In this document: piece after piece, positions 47,253 through 56,268 of the stretch
How positions within the stretch are numbered: position 1 is the first letter of the stretch
Layout of the letters: each line of letters opens with the position of its first letter
Virus record (IMG/VR): IMGVR_UViG_2700988807_000001
Span: 1-64,000 of that record
Source: a virus
Taxonomy: Duplodnaviria > Caudoviricetes
Length of the DNA stretch: 64,000 bases
Direction: 5' to 3' (one strand)
Notes under the pieces: model-generated
Told to the model about the DNA's origin: nothing
The model's input: the letters and a program-made list of their open reading frames with translations, nothing else
Databases searched by the model: none
Program-made: the position numbers and the translations under genes

Positions 47253-47894
47253 ATGCTGAAGCAGACCGTCGAGTACACCGACTTCGATGACAACCGTTGC
47301 GCCGAGACGCTCTATTTCAATCTCACCAAGACCGAGCTTGCAGAGAACGCTCACCTGCAGGATCGTCTCGAGTCGATGCAGAAGATGTTTGGTGGTGAGA
47401 AGCGTCAGCTCGAGAGCGCGGAGATCAAGGAGATCCTCGAACTCGTCAAGACGATCATGCGTATTTCCTACGGTGTTCGCAGTGCCGATGGCAAGCGATT
47501 CATCAAGACGGAGGATCAGTGGGTCGAGTTCACCCAGACGGCCGTCTACGACGAGTTCCTCATCTCCATGTTCACGGATCCGGACAAGATGTTCGCGTTC
47601 ATGTACGGGATCATGCCGGCTGACATGCGCGATCAGGCAAAGGCCGAGGCCGAGCGACTTGCAGCGGAGCGTTCCATTTCTCAGGCAGCTCAGAACACTC
47701 AGGCTCCGACTCCGCCGGCTCCTCCCGCCGCTCCTGCTGCGATGACCACGGGTGTCCCTACCAACCCGCCTGTGGATATTGTGGTCAACGAGCAGCCGGC
47801 AGCCGGTCAGCCCACCCAGGAACAGATGGCTGCTTACCTGCGCGATCAGCAGGCTCGTGGCGGACTGACCCAGCCGGGCTACTTGCAGGGCTGA
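47253..47894 (+). CDS. Conserved hypothetical protein with Pro/Ala-rich tail
   Basis: AAGGAG RBS; Y.DFD.....E.LYFNL.K.EL, SYGVRS.DGKRFIK. Confidence 0.7.
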   Translation: MLKQTVEYTDFDDNRCAETLYFNLTKTELAENAHLQDRLESMQKMFGGEKRQLESAEIKEILELVKTIMRISYGVRSADGKRFIKTEDQWVEFTQTAVYDEFLISMFTDPDKMFAFMYGIMPADMRDQAKAEAERLAAERSISQAAQNTQAPTPPAPPAAPAAMTTGVPTNPPVDIVVNEQPAAGQPTQEQMAAYLRDQQARGGLTQPGYLQG

Positions 47895-48053
47895 TTCATA
47901 TTTGAGGAAGAGGGGTTTGGCAAGGGTCCTTTGTAGGGGTCTCGCCCTAGTCCGGATGCCAAACTTAAACGACAGCCGTAGTGCTGTGGGGAAGCAGCGA
48001 ATCATGCTCCCTCGACCTCACCACACACCTATATTTGAGTTGAAAGGATCGTC

Positions 48054-48440
48054 ATGCCTACCATCGATCAAGTCAAGACGCACCTCCGTGAGAACAAGAA
48101 GGTCTATATTGTCGGTGGCGCCTGCCTCGCGGTAGGTGTCCTGGCTGGAACGACTCTTCTTACCAAGGAGTCCCCTGAGATTGTGGTAAACCCCAAGATC
48201 CAGCAGATCATGAGCTGGAAGCCGACAGCAACGTTGAAGGTGCATATCGAGGCGCTTGGAGATCCAGGAAACATCATTCAGGACGTCACAACAGGAACCG
48301 TCTATGCAAGCCAGGGACAGGCGGCTCGAGCTTTGGGCGTCAATCCCGCGCGCATATCTGAGCACTTGTCTGGAAAGATTCCTAACGTGCAGGGTCACTC
48401 ATTCAAGTTCTTGGGTAAGGCTGACTCAATCGCAGGATAA
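48054..48440 (+). CDS. Membrane-anchored protein with NUMOD1-like HTH
   Basis: N-terminal hydrophobic helix; TG.VYASQGQAARALGVNPARISEHL.G HTH. Confidence 0.65.
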   Translation: MPTIDQVKTHLRENKKVYIVGGACLAVGVLAGTTLLTKESPEIVVNPKIQQIMSWKPTATLKVHIEALGDPGNIIQDVTTGTVYASQGQAARALGVNPARISEHLSGKIPNVQGHSFKFLGKADSIAG

Positions 48441-48456
48441 ACACGCCCTATAATGA
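48430..48456 (+). promoter_or_regulatory. Cassette promoter repeat copy 13 (no RBS module)
   Basis: TCGCAGGATAAACACGCCCTATAATGA. Confidence 0.8.
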
Positions 48457-48750
48457 GAAGAAACGATAAGCTTAAAACGCTAATCCTTGAATCGCCCCTT
48501 TAGGGGAGGTCATCCGTAAGCACTGTCTTTGGTTGGAAGGTAACAGCCGCTTATCGTTTTATAACCGCTTGGAACCGCCATTGGGTAGTTCTGGAGGCCT
48601 GCCATTGGGCGGACCTTCGTGGCCTACCGTTTGGGTGGACCACCAATGTTATATTCTCGATGAGAAGATAGAACCGCTTGGAACACCTTTATGAGGAGTT
48701 CTGGCAGCCACCTTTATGAGGAGACCACCAAAGTTCTATCTTCTCATATT
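48455..48750 (+). ncRNA. Putative ~295-nt multi-hairpin non-coding RNA with two homologous domains
   Basis: AAACGATAAGC/GCTTATCGTTT stem; perfect 15-bp ATGAGAAGATAGAAC/GTTCTATCTTCTCAT stem; repeated AACCGCTTGGAAC...AGTTCTGG...ACCACCAA units; no ORF of 60 aa or more. Confidence 0.65.
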
Positions 48751-48755
48751 TCGCA

Positions 48756-48798
48756 TCGCAGATAAAACACGCCCTATAATGAGACCCCTACGAAAGGA
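48756..48798 (+). promoter_or_regulatory. Cassette promoter repeat copy 14
   Basis: TCGCAGATAAAACACGCCCTATAATGAGACCCCTACGAAAGGA. Confidence 0.85.
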
Positions 48799-48805
48799 AC
48801 TGGTA

Positions 48806-49051
48806 ATGACCAAGCTGGAAATGCTGAAGCTCGCTGTTTCTTCGATCGTCGGTGTCGGTACCTCCAAGATCGTCAAGTCCATCATTGCCAACAATGTCGA
48901 ACTCGATACTCCGGTAGACCAAGTTACGGTCACCGCGGGATCGTTCGTCATCGGCGCGATGGTCGCAGACGCTTCGAAGGACTACACCGATGCCAAGATC
49001 GACGAAATTGCCGAAGCCTTCAGAAGCTTCAGAGAAACCGTCCAGAACTGA
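48806..49051 (+). CDS. Small hypothetical protein
   Basis: MTKLEMLK... behind the repeat RBS. Confidence 0.7.
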   Translation: MTKLEMLKLAVSSIVGVGTSKIVKSIIANNVELDTPVDQVTVTAGSFVIGAMVADASKDYTDAKIDEIAEAFRSFRETVQN

Positions 49052-49065
49052 CACGAACACATCTC

Positions 49066-49103
49066 AAAATTGAAAAGCCCGCAACACTAGGCTTTTCAGT
49101 TTT
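49066..49103 (+). terminator. Terminator-like hairpin (ACAC-loop family)
   Basis: AAAATTGAAAAGCC-CGCAACACTA-GGCTTTTCAGTTTT. Confidence 0.7.
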
Positions 49104-49129
49104 CAACATCGAGGTATGAGGAACATATT

Positions 49130-49810
49130 ATGGAAGACTACCCCAGCAACAGCCAGAAGCCGAAGGTCGACAAGAAGCCGGCCGCGAAACAAGACGGGAA
49201 GCCCGAGCAGAAGAAGCCGGAAGTCAAGCAGATCACCGTCGGTACAGTCACTCGTCGTAAGAAGCCGCTCGGTCGGCGAGTCATGGAGACGTTCGGTGGC
49301 GGAGACGCCCAGGGCGTAGGATCTTATATTCTGCAGGACGTGCTTCTTCCCGCGGCCAAGGACATGGTTGCTGATGCTGTCTCCCAGGGTATCGAGAAGA
49401 TGCTCTTCGGTGAGTCTCGGGGTAGGCGAACTCGATCGTCCTCGTCTGGATATTCCGGCGGAAACAACCGGACCCCGTACAACTCCAGCTACAACGGTGG
49501 AAGTCGATACGCGGTCAACCCGGGACATCGGCAAGAACCTCGTCAGATGAGCCACCGAGGCCGAGCCACCCACAACTTCGACGAGATCGTTCTCGATTCT
49601 CGGGCCGAAGCGACAGAGGTTCTCGACAACCTCTACAGCATGATTTCTCAGTACGACGTCGCCACCGTTGCCGATCTCTACAACATGGTCGGTGTGACAG
49701 GTGACTTCACTGACGAGAAGTGGGGTTGGGTCGAGCTTCACGGCGCCCAGGTGCGACATGTCAGGGATGGATATCTGCTAGAACTTCCGCGCCCTGAACA
49801 CCTCGGCTAA
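49130..49810 (+). CDS. Conserved hypothetical protein
   Basis: DVL.PAAKD, R.EA..VL..L...I..Y..ATVADLY..VG...FTD.KWGW. Confidence 0.7.
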   Translation: MEDYPSNSQKPKVDKKPAAKQDGKPEQKKPEVKQITVGTVTRRKKPLGRRVMETFGGGDAQGVGSYILQDVLLPAAKDMVADAVSQGIEKMLFGESRGRRTRSSSSGYSGGNNRTPYNSSYNGGSRYAVNPGHRQEPRQMSHRGRATHNFDEIVLDSRAEATEVLDNLYSMISQYDVATVADLYNMVGVTGDFTDEKWGWVELHGAQVRHVRDGYLLELPRPEHLG

Positions 49811-49846
49811 GAGGTAGGTACGGCGCGCCAAACGGGAGGTGGCGTG

Positions 49847-49990
49847 ATGTCTAACGATATTCTCTTGAAAGCCAACGCACTCAAGGGAGCGTACCCAGGA
49901 AGTCCTACCTGGAAATCTAAAGTGGACAAGATGAGCGACAACCAAATCGTGGCCGTATATTTGCGGCTCAAGCGAGAAAACAAGGTTTAG
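49847..49990 (+). CDS. Small hypothetical protein (47 aa, not in ORF track)
   Basis: GGAGGT RBS; MSNDILLKANALKGAYPGSPTWKSKVDKMSDNQIVAVYLRLKRENKV. Confidence 0.6.
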   Translation: MSNDILLKANALKGAYPGSPTWKSKVDKMSDNQIVAVYLRLKRENKV

Positions 49991-50001
49991 GAGACCAACA
50001 C

Positions 50002-50880
50002 ATGTCGATCAAGAACACTATCATGTCTGCCGGTGGCAAGAACATGGCTGTGACCATGCTCAAGCTCCAGAAGAACAGCCCGACCCTTCTCTTCGGCGCC
50101 GGCGTCGTCGGTGTTGTCGGCACTGTTGTCCTGGCTTCGCGAGCAACTTTGAAGGTCAGCGATATCGTCGACGAGGCTTCGACCACACTCGAGAAGATCA
50201 ACAACATCGAGGAAGAGAACTACACGCCTGAGCACGCTGTCAAGGACAAGGCTGTCGTCTACACCAAGACGGCGATTGATGTCTCGAAGCTCTACGCACC
50301 TGCGCTTATTCTGGGTGTCGTCTCGGTCAGCTGCCTTGCAGGTTCGCACAACATCCTGACTCGTCGCAACGCTGCTCTCGGCGCGGCCTACGCCGGCATG
50401 GAGAAGGCGTTCAAGGAGTACCGCGGTCGAGTCATCGACGAGATCGGCGTGGAGAAGGAAGCACGCATCTACCAGCCCGTCGAGGAAGTCGAGGCAATCA
50501 ACTCCGAGGGCAAGAAGACAAAGGTCGCAGTTCCGACGGGTGTCGGCGGCTCCCCCTACAAGAAGATCTTCGACAACTCCAACAAGAACTGGAACCAGCA
50601 GACTGAGTTCAACGTCCTCTTCATCCAGGCGCAGCAGAACTACGCCAACGATCTTCTTCACGCAAACGGATACCTCTTCCTGAACGACGTCTACGACATG
50701 CTTGGTATTGCTCGAACCAAGGCCGGTCAGATCGTTGGGTGGATCTCTGACGGCAAGGGCGACAACTTCGTCGACTTCGGTCTGTTCACCACGCATGAGG
50801 GTATGCGCTTCACCACCGGAGAACAGAGCGCTGTTTGGCTCGACTTCAACGTGGATGGCAACATCCTCGACCTGATCTGA
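50002..50880 (+). CDS. Conserved phage protein (DUF6353-like), paralog of 43823
   Basis: KNSPTLLFG.GV.G.V.T.VLA.RAT, KLYAPA, RRNAAL.AAY, GYLFLNDVYD.LG, GQIVGW, LDFNVDG. Confidence 0.72.
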   Translation: MSIKNTIMSAGGKNMAVTMLKLQKNSPTLLFGAGVVGVVGTVVLASRATLKVSDIVDEASTTLEKINNIEEENYTPEHAVKDKAVVYTKTAIDVSKLYAPALILGVVSVSCLAGSHNILTRRNAALGAAYAGMEKAFKEYRGRVIDEIGVEKEARIYQPVEEVEAINSEGKKTKVAVPTGVGGSPYKKIFDNSNKNWNQQTEFNVLFIQAQQNYANDLLHANGYLFLNDVYDMLGIARTKAGQIVGWISDGKGDNFVDFGLFTTHEGMRFTTGEQSAVWLDFNVDGNILDLI

Positions 50881-50891
50881 GGTGTGAAGCC

Positions 50892-51794
50892 ATGAATTCC
50901 AACACTGGAATTGTCGTGGCTTCTTCGTTGGCGTCCTGTGCCGTTGGTGCAGGCGCCGCTTATTTCCTCACGAAGAAGTACGTCACGACGCAGTACGAGA
51001 CCTTGATGGAAGAAGAGGTCGAGAAGGCAAAGCTATATTACAGCCAGCTTTACAAGACGGGGGAGTTCTCTGATCTGGAGAAGCTGGCCAAGGAGCGTCT
51101 CGGGTCCGATGACTCTGACGATATTTCCGACGAGGAAACCTCCGAAGAAGAGTCAGATGCTACGGACGACGAGGACGCTGCTGAGGTGACACTATCGGAA
51201 CGCGTCGAGATCACTCGTGAAGAGCGTGTCAACTACAACAACATTCAGCGCAACTACGTCGGGGACGACTCCGTACCGGAACGCCATATTCCGAATCGGG
51301 ACTTCCCTCGACCTGTCTCCCATCCCGAAGATGGCGAGAGCATGGAATCCTTCGAGAAGCGACTGATCCAGCAAGCTTCCGACGAAGTCAAAGAGAAGGC
51401 AGAACGAGCAGGAGAGGAGGAACTCGTGCGACACAACATATTCGACACCCACGGACGGCATCCCGACACGGAAGAGTTGGACACCAGTATGCGAGGGAAC
51501 GGCGACCCCTATATCCTGTCGCGTCAAGAGTTCGAAGACTGCGATCTCGACTACGATCAGAACACCCTCACCTACTACGAGGGCGACAACGTTCTCACGG
51601 ACGAGCGGAACGTTCCGATCAACAACGGCGTCATCAGCATCATCGGTGGCGAGCAGAACTTGAGGTTCGGACATTGGTCGGACGACGCGAACGTGCTTTA
51701 TATTCGCAATGACCGTCTGTCCGTCGACTTCGAGATCGTTCGTTCAATGGGAACCTACGCCGAAGAAGTCCTCGGCTACACCCAGGGGGAATGA
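50892..51794 (+). CDS. Acidic protein with N-terminal TM helix
   Basis: PYILS..EF, TLTYY.GD.VL.DE, LYIRN..L..DFEI. Confidence 0.7.
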   Translation: MNSNTGIVVASSLASCAVGAGAAYFLTKKYVTTQYETLMEEEVEKAKLYYSQLYKTGEFSDLEKLAKERLGSDDSDDISDEETSEEESDATDDEDAAEVTLSERVEITREERVNYNNIQRNYVGDDSVPERHIPNRDFPRPVSHPEDGESMESFEKRLIQQASDEVKEKAERAGEEELVRHNIFDTHGRHPDTEELDTSMRGNGDPYILSRQEFEDCDLDYDQNTLTYYEGDNVLTDERNVPINNGVISIIGGEQNLRFGHWSDDANVLYIRNDRLSVDFEIVRSMGTYAEEVLGYTQGE

Positions 51795-52342
51795 TGGACG
51801 AGCCACTTGATGAGCGATATTTCAAATGGCTCTACGGTCAGGTGGCATCCGTCAAGTTGAGGAACCCTGGGCGGACCTACTGGTCTTTGCTCAAGGTTCT
51901 TCACACCACAGAGTTCGTGTGGCTGGTTCCAAACGACGACAATCGTGTGGAAGACGGACGCGACCTGAGATTGGAATTCGTCAACGAGACACGCGCCGAG
52001 GTTCCCGACCCCGATTGGATGGCTTTCGGGTGCTCCGTACTGGAGATGCTTATCGGGCTATCTCGGCGCCTGGCGTTTGAGGCTGATGGTAACGCGGGTG
52101 CGAGTGAGTGGTTCTGGCACTTACTCGACAACATCAACCTCGGCGGATTCAACGACACATATTTCCGAACCGGAAGGCATGAGGAGTATGTAAAACACGT
52201 CCTAGATACCGTCGTTTGGCGAAACTACAAACGTGACGGGCAAGGCGGTCTATTCCCACTGCGACGTCCACAAGAAGATCAACGTAAGGTAGAGCTCTGG
52301 TATCAACTCTCGTGCTACCTTTCGGAGGGACACGCGGCATGA
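51791..52342 (+). CDS. Conserved hypothetical protein
   Basis: F.W.VPNDDNR..DG..LR, CSVLEML..L..R, G.GGLFPL, ELWYQ. Confidence 0.7.
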   Translation: MMDEPLDERYFKWLYGQVASVKLRNPGRTYWSLLKVLHTTEFVWLVPNDDNRVEDGRDLRLEFVNETRAEVPDPDWMAFGCSVLEMLIGLSRRLAFEADGNAGASEWFWHLLDNINLGGFNDTYFRTGRHEEYVKHVLDTVVWRNYKRDGQGGLFPLRRPQEDQRKVELWYQLSCYLSEGHAA

Positions 52343-52373
52343 TGGCGAACTAGGCATGAATTAGAAAAGAGGG

Positions 52374-55300
52374 TTGGTGGACTTCTACACTATCGGGGTG
52401 CGCACAATCGAGAAAGGCCCCCGGGAAGGTATGACGGAGCTATTCCCCGATCTTCGGGTCGGGCGCTCCAAAGATCTGATGGTCCGCGGCCGCTCATTCT
52501 ACGCCATCTGGGATGAGACGGCCGGTCTATGGTCTACGGACGAGTACGATGTTCAGAGACTGATGGACGCGGAGCTTGAGGCGGAGGCCGACAGGATTGA
52601 GAAGAAGGGTGACCCGCGCCCCTCGATCAAGACCATGTCGTCCTTCGGCTCGAACTCCTGGAGTCAATTCCGTAAGTATCTGCAGAACATCAGTGACAAC
52701 AGTCATCAGCTCGACGAGAAGATGGCTTGGGCTGACACTGAGATCAAGAAGACCGACTATGTGAGCAAGCGTCTCCCATATTGTCTCGCACCCGGCGACT
52801 ACAGCGCATGGGACGAGCTCGTAGGGACGCTCTATAATGTGGAAGAAAGAGCGAAGATCGAATGGGCGATTGGTGCAGTTGTATCCGGGGATGCGAAGCG
52901 AATCCAGAAATTCCTGGTTCTCTACGGGCCTGCTGGGACAGGCAAATCGACGGTCTTGAACGTCATCCAGCAAATGTTCGAAGGCTACACGACGACATTC
53001 GAAGCCAAGGCTTTGGGTATGTCGAGCGGAGCGTTTGCGACGGAAGTATTCAAGAACAATCCGCTCGTGGCGATTCAGCACGACGGCGACCTCTCACGCA
53101 TCGAGGACAACACTCGACTGAACTCGATCATCTCGCACGAAGAGATGACAATGAACGAGAAGTACAAGCCCAGCTACACTTCGCGGGTTAATGCTTTCTT
53201 GTTCATGGGGACTAACAACCCCGTCAAGATCTCGGACGCCAAGTCGGGCATCATTCGACGACTTATCGACGTTCATCCGACCGGCATCAAGATCCCGCCC
53301 AACCGATACAACACTCTTATTCAGAAGGTTGACTTCGAACTGGGTGCGATTGCTCACCACTGCCTGGAAGTCTACAGGTCGATGGGGAAGAACTACTACA
53401 ACTCCTACCGACCCCTTGAGATGATGTTGCAGACCGACGTCTTCTTCAACTACATCGAGGCGCACTTCGATATTTTCAAGGAACAGGACTCCGTCTCCTT
53501 GAAGCAGGCATACGCGTTGTACAAGGAGTTCTGTGACGACACTGGAATCGACAAGGTTCTTCCTCAGTACAAGTTCCGCGAGGAGCTTCGGAACTACTTT
53601 GACGAATTCAAGGAGCGCGGCGTGGTGAACGGTCAGACAGTCCGAAGCATATATTCGGGCTTCAACGCAAACAAGTTCAAGACGCCGTTGGGTGAAGACA
53701 AGCAGGTCTTCAAGCTCGTCCTCGACGAATCGGTGTCGCTTCTCGACGATATTCTCAAGGATCAGCCTGCCCAGATGGGTCGGGTCGGTCCTGATGGTGG
53801 AGAGATCCCCGAGAAGTATTGGACAGATGACGAACGACTGATCAACGGCGAGATGAAGAAACCCAAGCCGTCTCAGGTCTGCTCGACGACGTTGAAGGAT
53901 CTGGACACCTCGAAGGTTCACTTTGTCAAGGTGCCGGCGAATCATATTGTCATCGACTTCGACCTCAAGGACGACAAAGGTGAGAAGTCTCTTGAGCGAA
54001 GCCTGGAAGCCGCGTCCAACTGGCCGGCCACCTACGCCGAACTCAGCAAGAGCGGCAAGGGCGTCCACCTCCATTACGAATACACTGGAGAAGACGTCAC
54101 TCAGCTCAGTCCCATATATTCCGAGGACATCGAAGTCAAGGTCTACACGGGCAACGGGTCTCTACGACGTCGAGTCATCCGCTGTAACAACATTCCTGTT
54201 GCCCCCATATCTAGCGGACTGCCGCTGAAGGAGAAGAAGGTGCATTCAGCCCAAACGATTCAGAGCGAGCGCAGTCTGCGCGATCTCGTCGAGCGCAATC
54301 TTCGCAAGGAGATTCACCCCGGCACCAAGCCGTCGATCGACTTCATTCACAAGATCCTTGCTGATGCACACAAGGACGGAATGACGTACGACCTCACGGA
54401 CATGCGTCCTCGTATTCTGGCATTCGCCAACAACTCGTCGAACCAGGCGATGGCGTGCTTGAAGACGGTGCAGGCGATGAAGTGGAAGAGCGACGATTCC
54501 GTCGAACGAGCGACCGGGCCCGAGGACGATATTCGTCAGCCGGCTCCGACTCAGGCGGTTTCCCCCGTCGACTCCTCTCGTAAGGACGAGCGGATTGCCT
54601 TCTTCGACATCGAGGTCTACCCGAATCTCTTCCTGGTCTGCTGGAAGTTCGAGGGCGATTCTTCGATGGTCAAGATGATCAATCCGAAGCCGGCCGACAT
54701 CGAGCAGCTGTTCAAGCTCAAGCTTGTGGGCTACAACAACCGACGCTACGACAATCATATTCTGTACGCAGCGTTCATGGGGTTCACCACCGAGGCGATC
54801 TACCAGCAGTCTCAGAAGCTCATCAACAACGAGCGGAGCGCACTGTTCGGTGAGGCGTACAACATCAGTTACGCCGATATTTACGACTTCAGCTCGAAGA
54901 AGCAGAGCCTGAAGAAGTTCATGATCGAGCTCGGGATCACCCACCAGGAGATGGATATTCCGTGGGACGAGCCGGTACCGGACCACCTGGTGGACAAGGT
55001 CATCGAGTACTGCTGCAACGACGTCAATGCGACCGAGGCAGTGTTCGAGGCTCGCAAGCAGGACTTCGTCGCTCGACAGGTCCTGGCTGAGCTGAGTGGG
55101 CTGCCTGTCAACAACACGACTCAGGCTCACACTGCCAAGATCATTTTCGGTAACGATCGTCAGGCTCAGAAGAAGTTTGTGTACACGGACCTGAGTGAGA
55201 CGTTCCCGGGTTACAAGTTCGACCTGGGTAAGTCCGAGTATCGGGGAGAAGATCCCAGTGAAGGTGGTTACGTCTATGCAGAACCGGGGCTCTATCACAA

Positions 55301-56261
55301 TGTCGCTGTTCTGGATGTTGCTTCGATGCATCCGAGCAGTATCATCGCGCTCAACGCATTCGGTGACGAGTACACGCCGAAGTTCAAGGATCTCCTCGAC
55401 GCGCGTATCGCGATCAAGCACAAGGACTACGACCGCGCCAAGGGAATGCTCGACGGCAAGTTGGCTCCATACCTTGGTAACGTGGATGACGCAGTGGCGC
55501 TGTCGTATGCGCTGAAGATCGTCATCAACATCGTGTACGGACTGACGAGCGCTAAGTTCGACAATCCGTTCCGCGACATGCGCAACAAGGACAACATCGT
55601 TGCGAAGCGTGGCGCACTCTTCATGATCGACCTGAAGCACTTCGTTCAGGAGAAGGGTTTCGACGTCGCGCACATCAAGACCGACTCGATCAAGATTCCG
55701 GATGCAACTCCCGAGATCATCGAGCAGGTCACGGAATTCGGTAAGAAGTATGGGTACGACTTCGAACACGAGGCTACGTACGACAGCTTCTGCCTGGTGA
55801 ACGATGCAGTCTATATTGCGCGTAAGGGCGATAAGTGGGATGCAGTCGGGGCACAGTTCCAACATCCGTACGTCTACAAGACGCTCTTCACTAAGGAAGA
55901 GATCACGTTCGACGACCTGTGCGAGACGAAGCAGGTCAGCCAGGGGTCCATCTACTTGGATCTCGATCATGGGCGTGCGGCTGGTTTGACCACCTTCGAA
56001 GATCTCCAGTTCATCGGTCGCATCGGACGGTTCGTTCCGGTGTACGAAGAAGTGCAGGGATCCGCCGTTCTTTATCGGATCAAGGACGACAAGCGTTACG
56101 CAGTCACGGGCACCAAGGGATATTTCTGGATCGATGCTCGAATGGCCGAAGGCCTGACCAAGGACGAGATCGATTACACATATTTCGACACTCTCGTTGA
56201 GAAGGCTCGTGACACCATCGAGTTCTACGGACCGTTCGTGGATCTCTTCCCGAAGAACTGA
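52374..56261 (+). CDS. Fused SF3 helicase - primase (AEP-like) - family B DNA polymerase with 3'-5' exonuclease
   Basis: Walker A GPAGTGKS; IVIDFD and SKSGKGVHLHY (AEP); FFDIE, GYNNRRYD, YCCNDV (exo I-III); DVASMHPS, KIVINIVYG, KTDS (PolB A/B/C). Confidence 0.88.
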   Translation: MVDFYTIGVRTIEKGPREGMTELFPDLRVGRSKDLMVRGRSFYAIWDETAGLWSTDEYDVQRLMDAELEAEADRIEKKGDPRPSIKTMSSFGSNSWSQFRKYLQNISDNSHQLDEKMAWADTEIKKTDYVSKRLPYCLAPGDYSAWDELVGTLYNVEERAKIEWAIGAVVSGDAKRIQKFLVLYGPAGTGKSTVLNVIQQMFEGYTTTFEAKALGMSSGAFATEVFKNNPLVAIQHDGDLSRIEDNTRLNSIISHEEMTMNEKYKPSYTSRVNAFLFMGTNNPVKISDAKSGIIRRLIDVHPTGIKIPPNRYNTLIQKVDFELGAIAHHCLEVYRSMGKNYYNSYRPLEMMLQTDVFFNYIEAHFDIFKEQDSVSLKQAYALYKEFCDDTGIDKVLPQYKFREELRNYFDEFKERGVVNGQTVRSIYSGFNANKFKTPLGEDKQVFKLVLDESVSLLDDILKDQPAQMGRVGPDGGEIPEKYWTDDERLINGEMKKPKPSQVCSTTLKDLDTSKVHFVKVPANHIVIDFDLKDDKGEKSLERSLEAASNWPATYAELSKSGKGVHLHYEYTGEDVTQLSPIYSEDIEVKVYTGNGSLRRRVIRCNNIPVAPISSGLPLKEKKVHSAQTIQSERSLRDLVERNLRKEIHPGTKPSIDFIHKILADAHKDGMTYDLTDMRPRILAFANNSSNQAMACLKTVQAMKWKSDDSVERATGPEDDIRQPAPTQAVSPVDSSRKDERIAFFDIEVYPNLFLVCWKFEGDSSMVKMINPKPADIEQLFKLKLVGYNNRRYDNHILYAAFMGFTTEAIYQQSQKLINNERSALFGEAYNISYADIYDFSSKKQSLKKFMIELGITHQEMDIPWDEPVPDHLVDKVIEYCCNDVNATEAVFEARKQDFVARQVLAELSGLPVNNTTQAHTAKIIFGNDRQAQKKFVYTDLSETFPGYKFDLGKSEYRGEDPSEGGYVYAEPGLYHNVAVLDVASMHPSSIIALNAFGDEYTPKFKDLLDARIAIKHKDYDRAKGMLDGKLAPYLGNVDDAVALSYALKIVINIVYGLTSAKFDNPFRDMRNKDNIVAKRGALFMIDLKHFVQEKGFDVAHIKTDSIKIPDATPEIIEQVTEFGKKYGYDFEHEATYDSFCLVNDAVYIARKGDKWDAVGAQFQHPYVYKTLFTKEEITFDDLCETKQVSQGSIYLDLDHGRAAGLTTFEDLQFIGRIGRFVPVYEEVQGSAVLYRIKDDKRYAVTGTKGYFWIDARMAEGLTKDEIDYTYFDTLVEKARDTIEFYGPFVDLFPKN

Positions 56262-56268
56262 GGTACTG

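Noticed and set aside
38901-48798. Promoter repeats read as a CRISPR array
   Set aside because: Spacing is irregular (about 120 bp to several kb), the intervals hold genes with RBS and terminators, and no cas genes are present
38901-49103. Integron with attC sites
   Set aside because: No tyrosine recombinase in the window; the hairpins lack the RYYYAAC/GTTRRRY ends and look like terminators; each cassette has its own promoter
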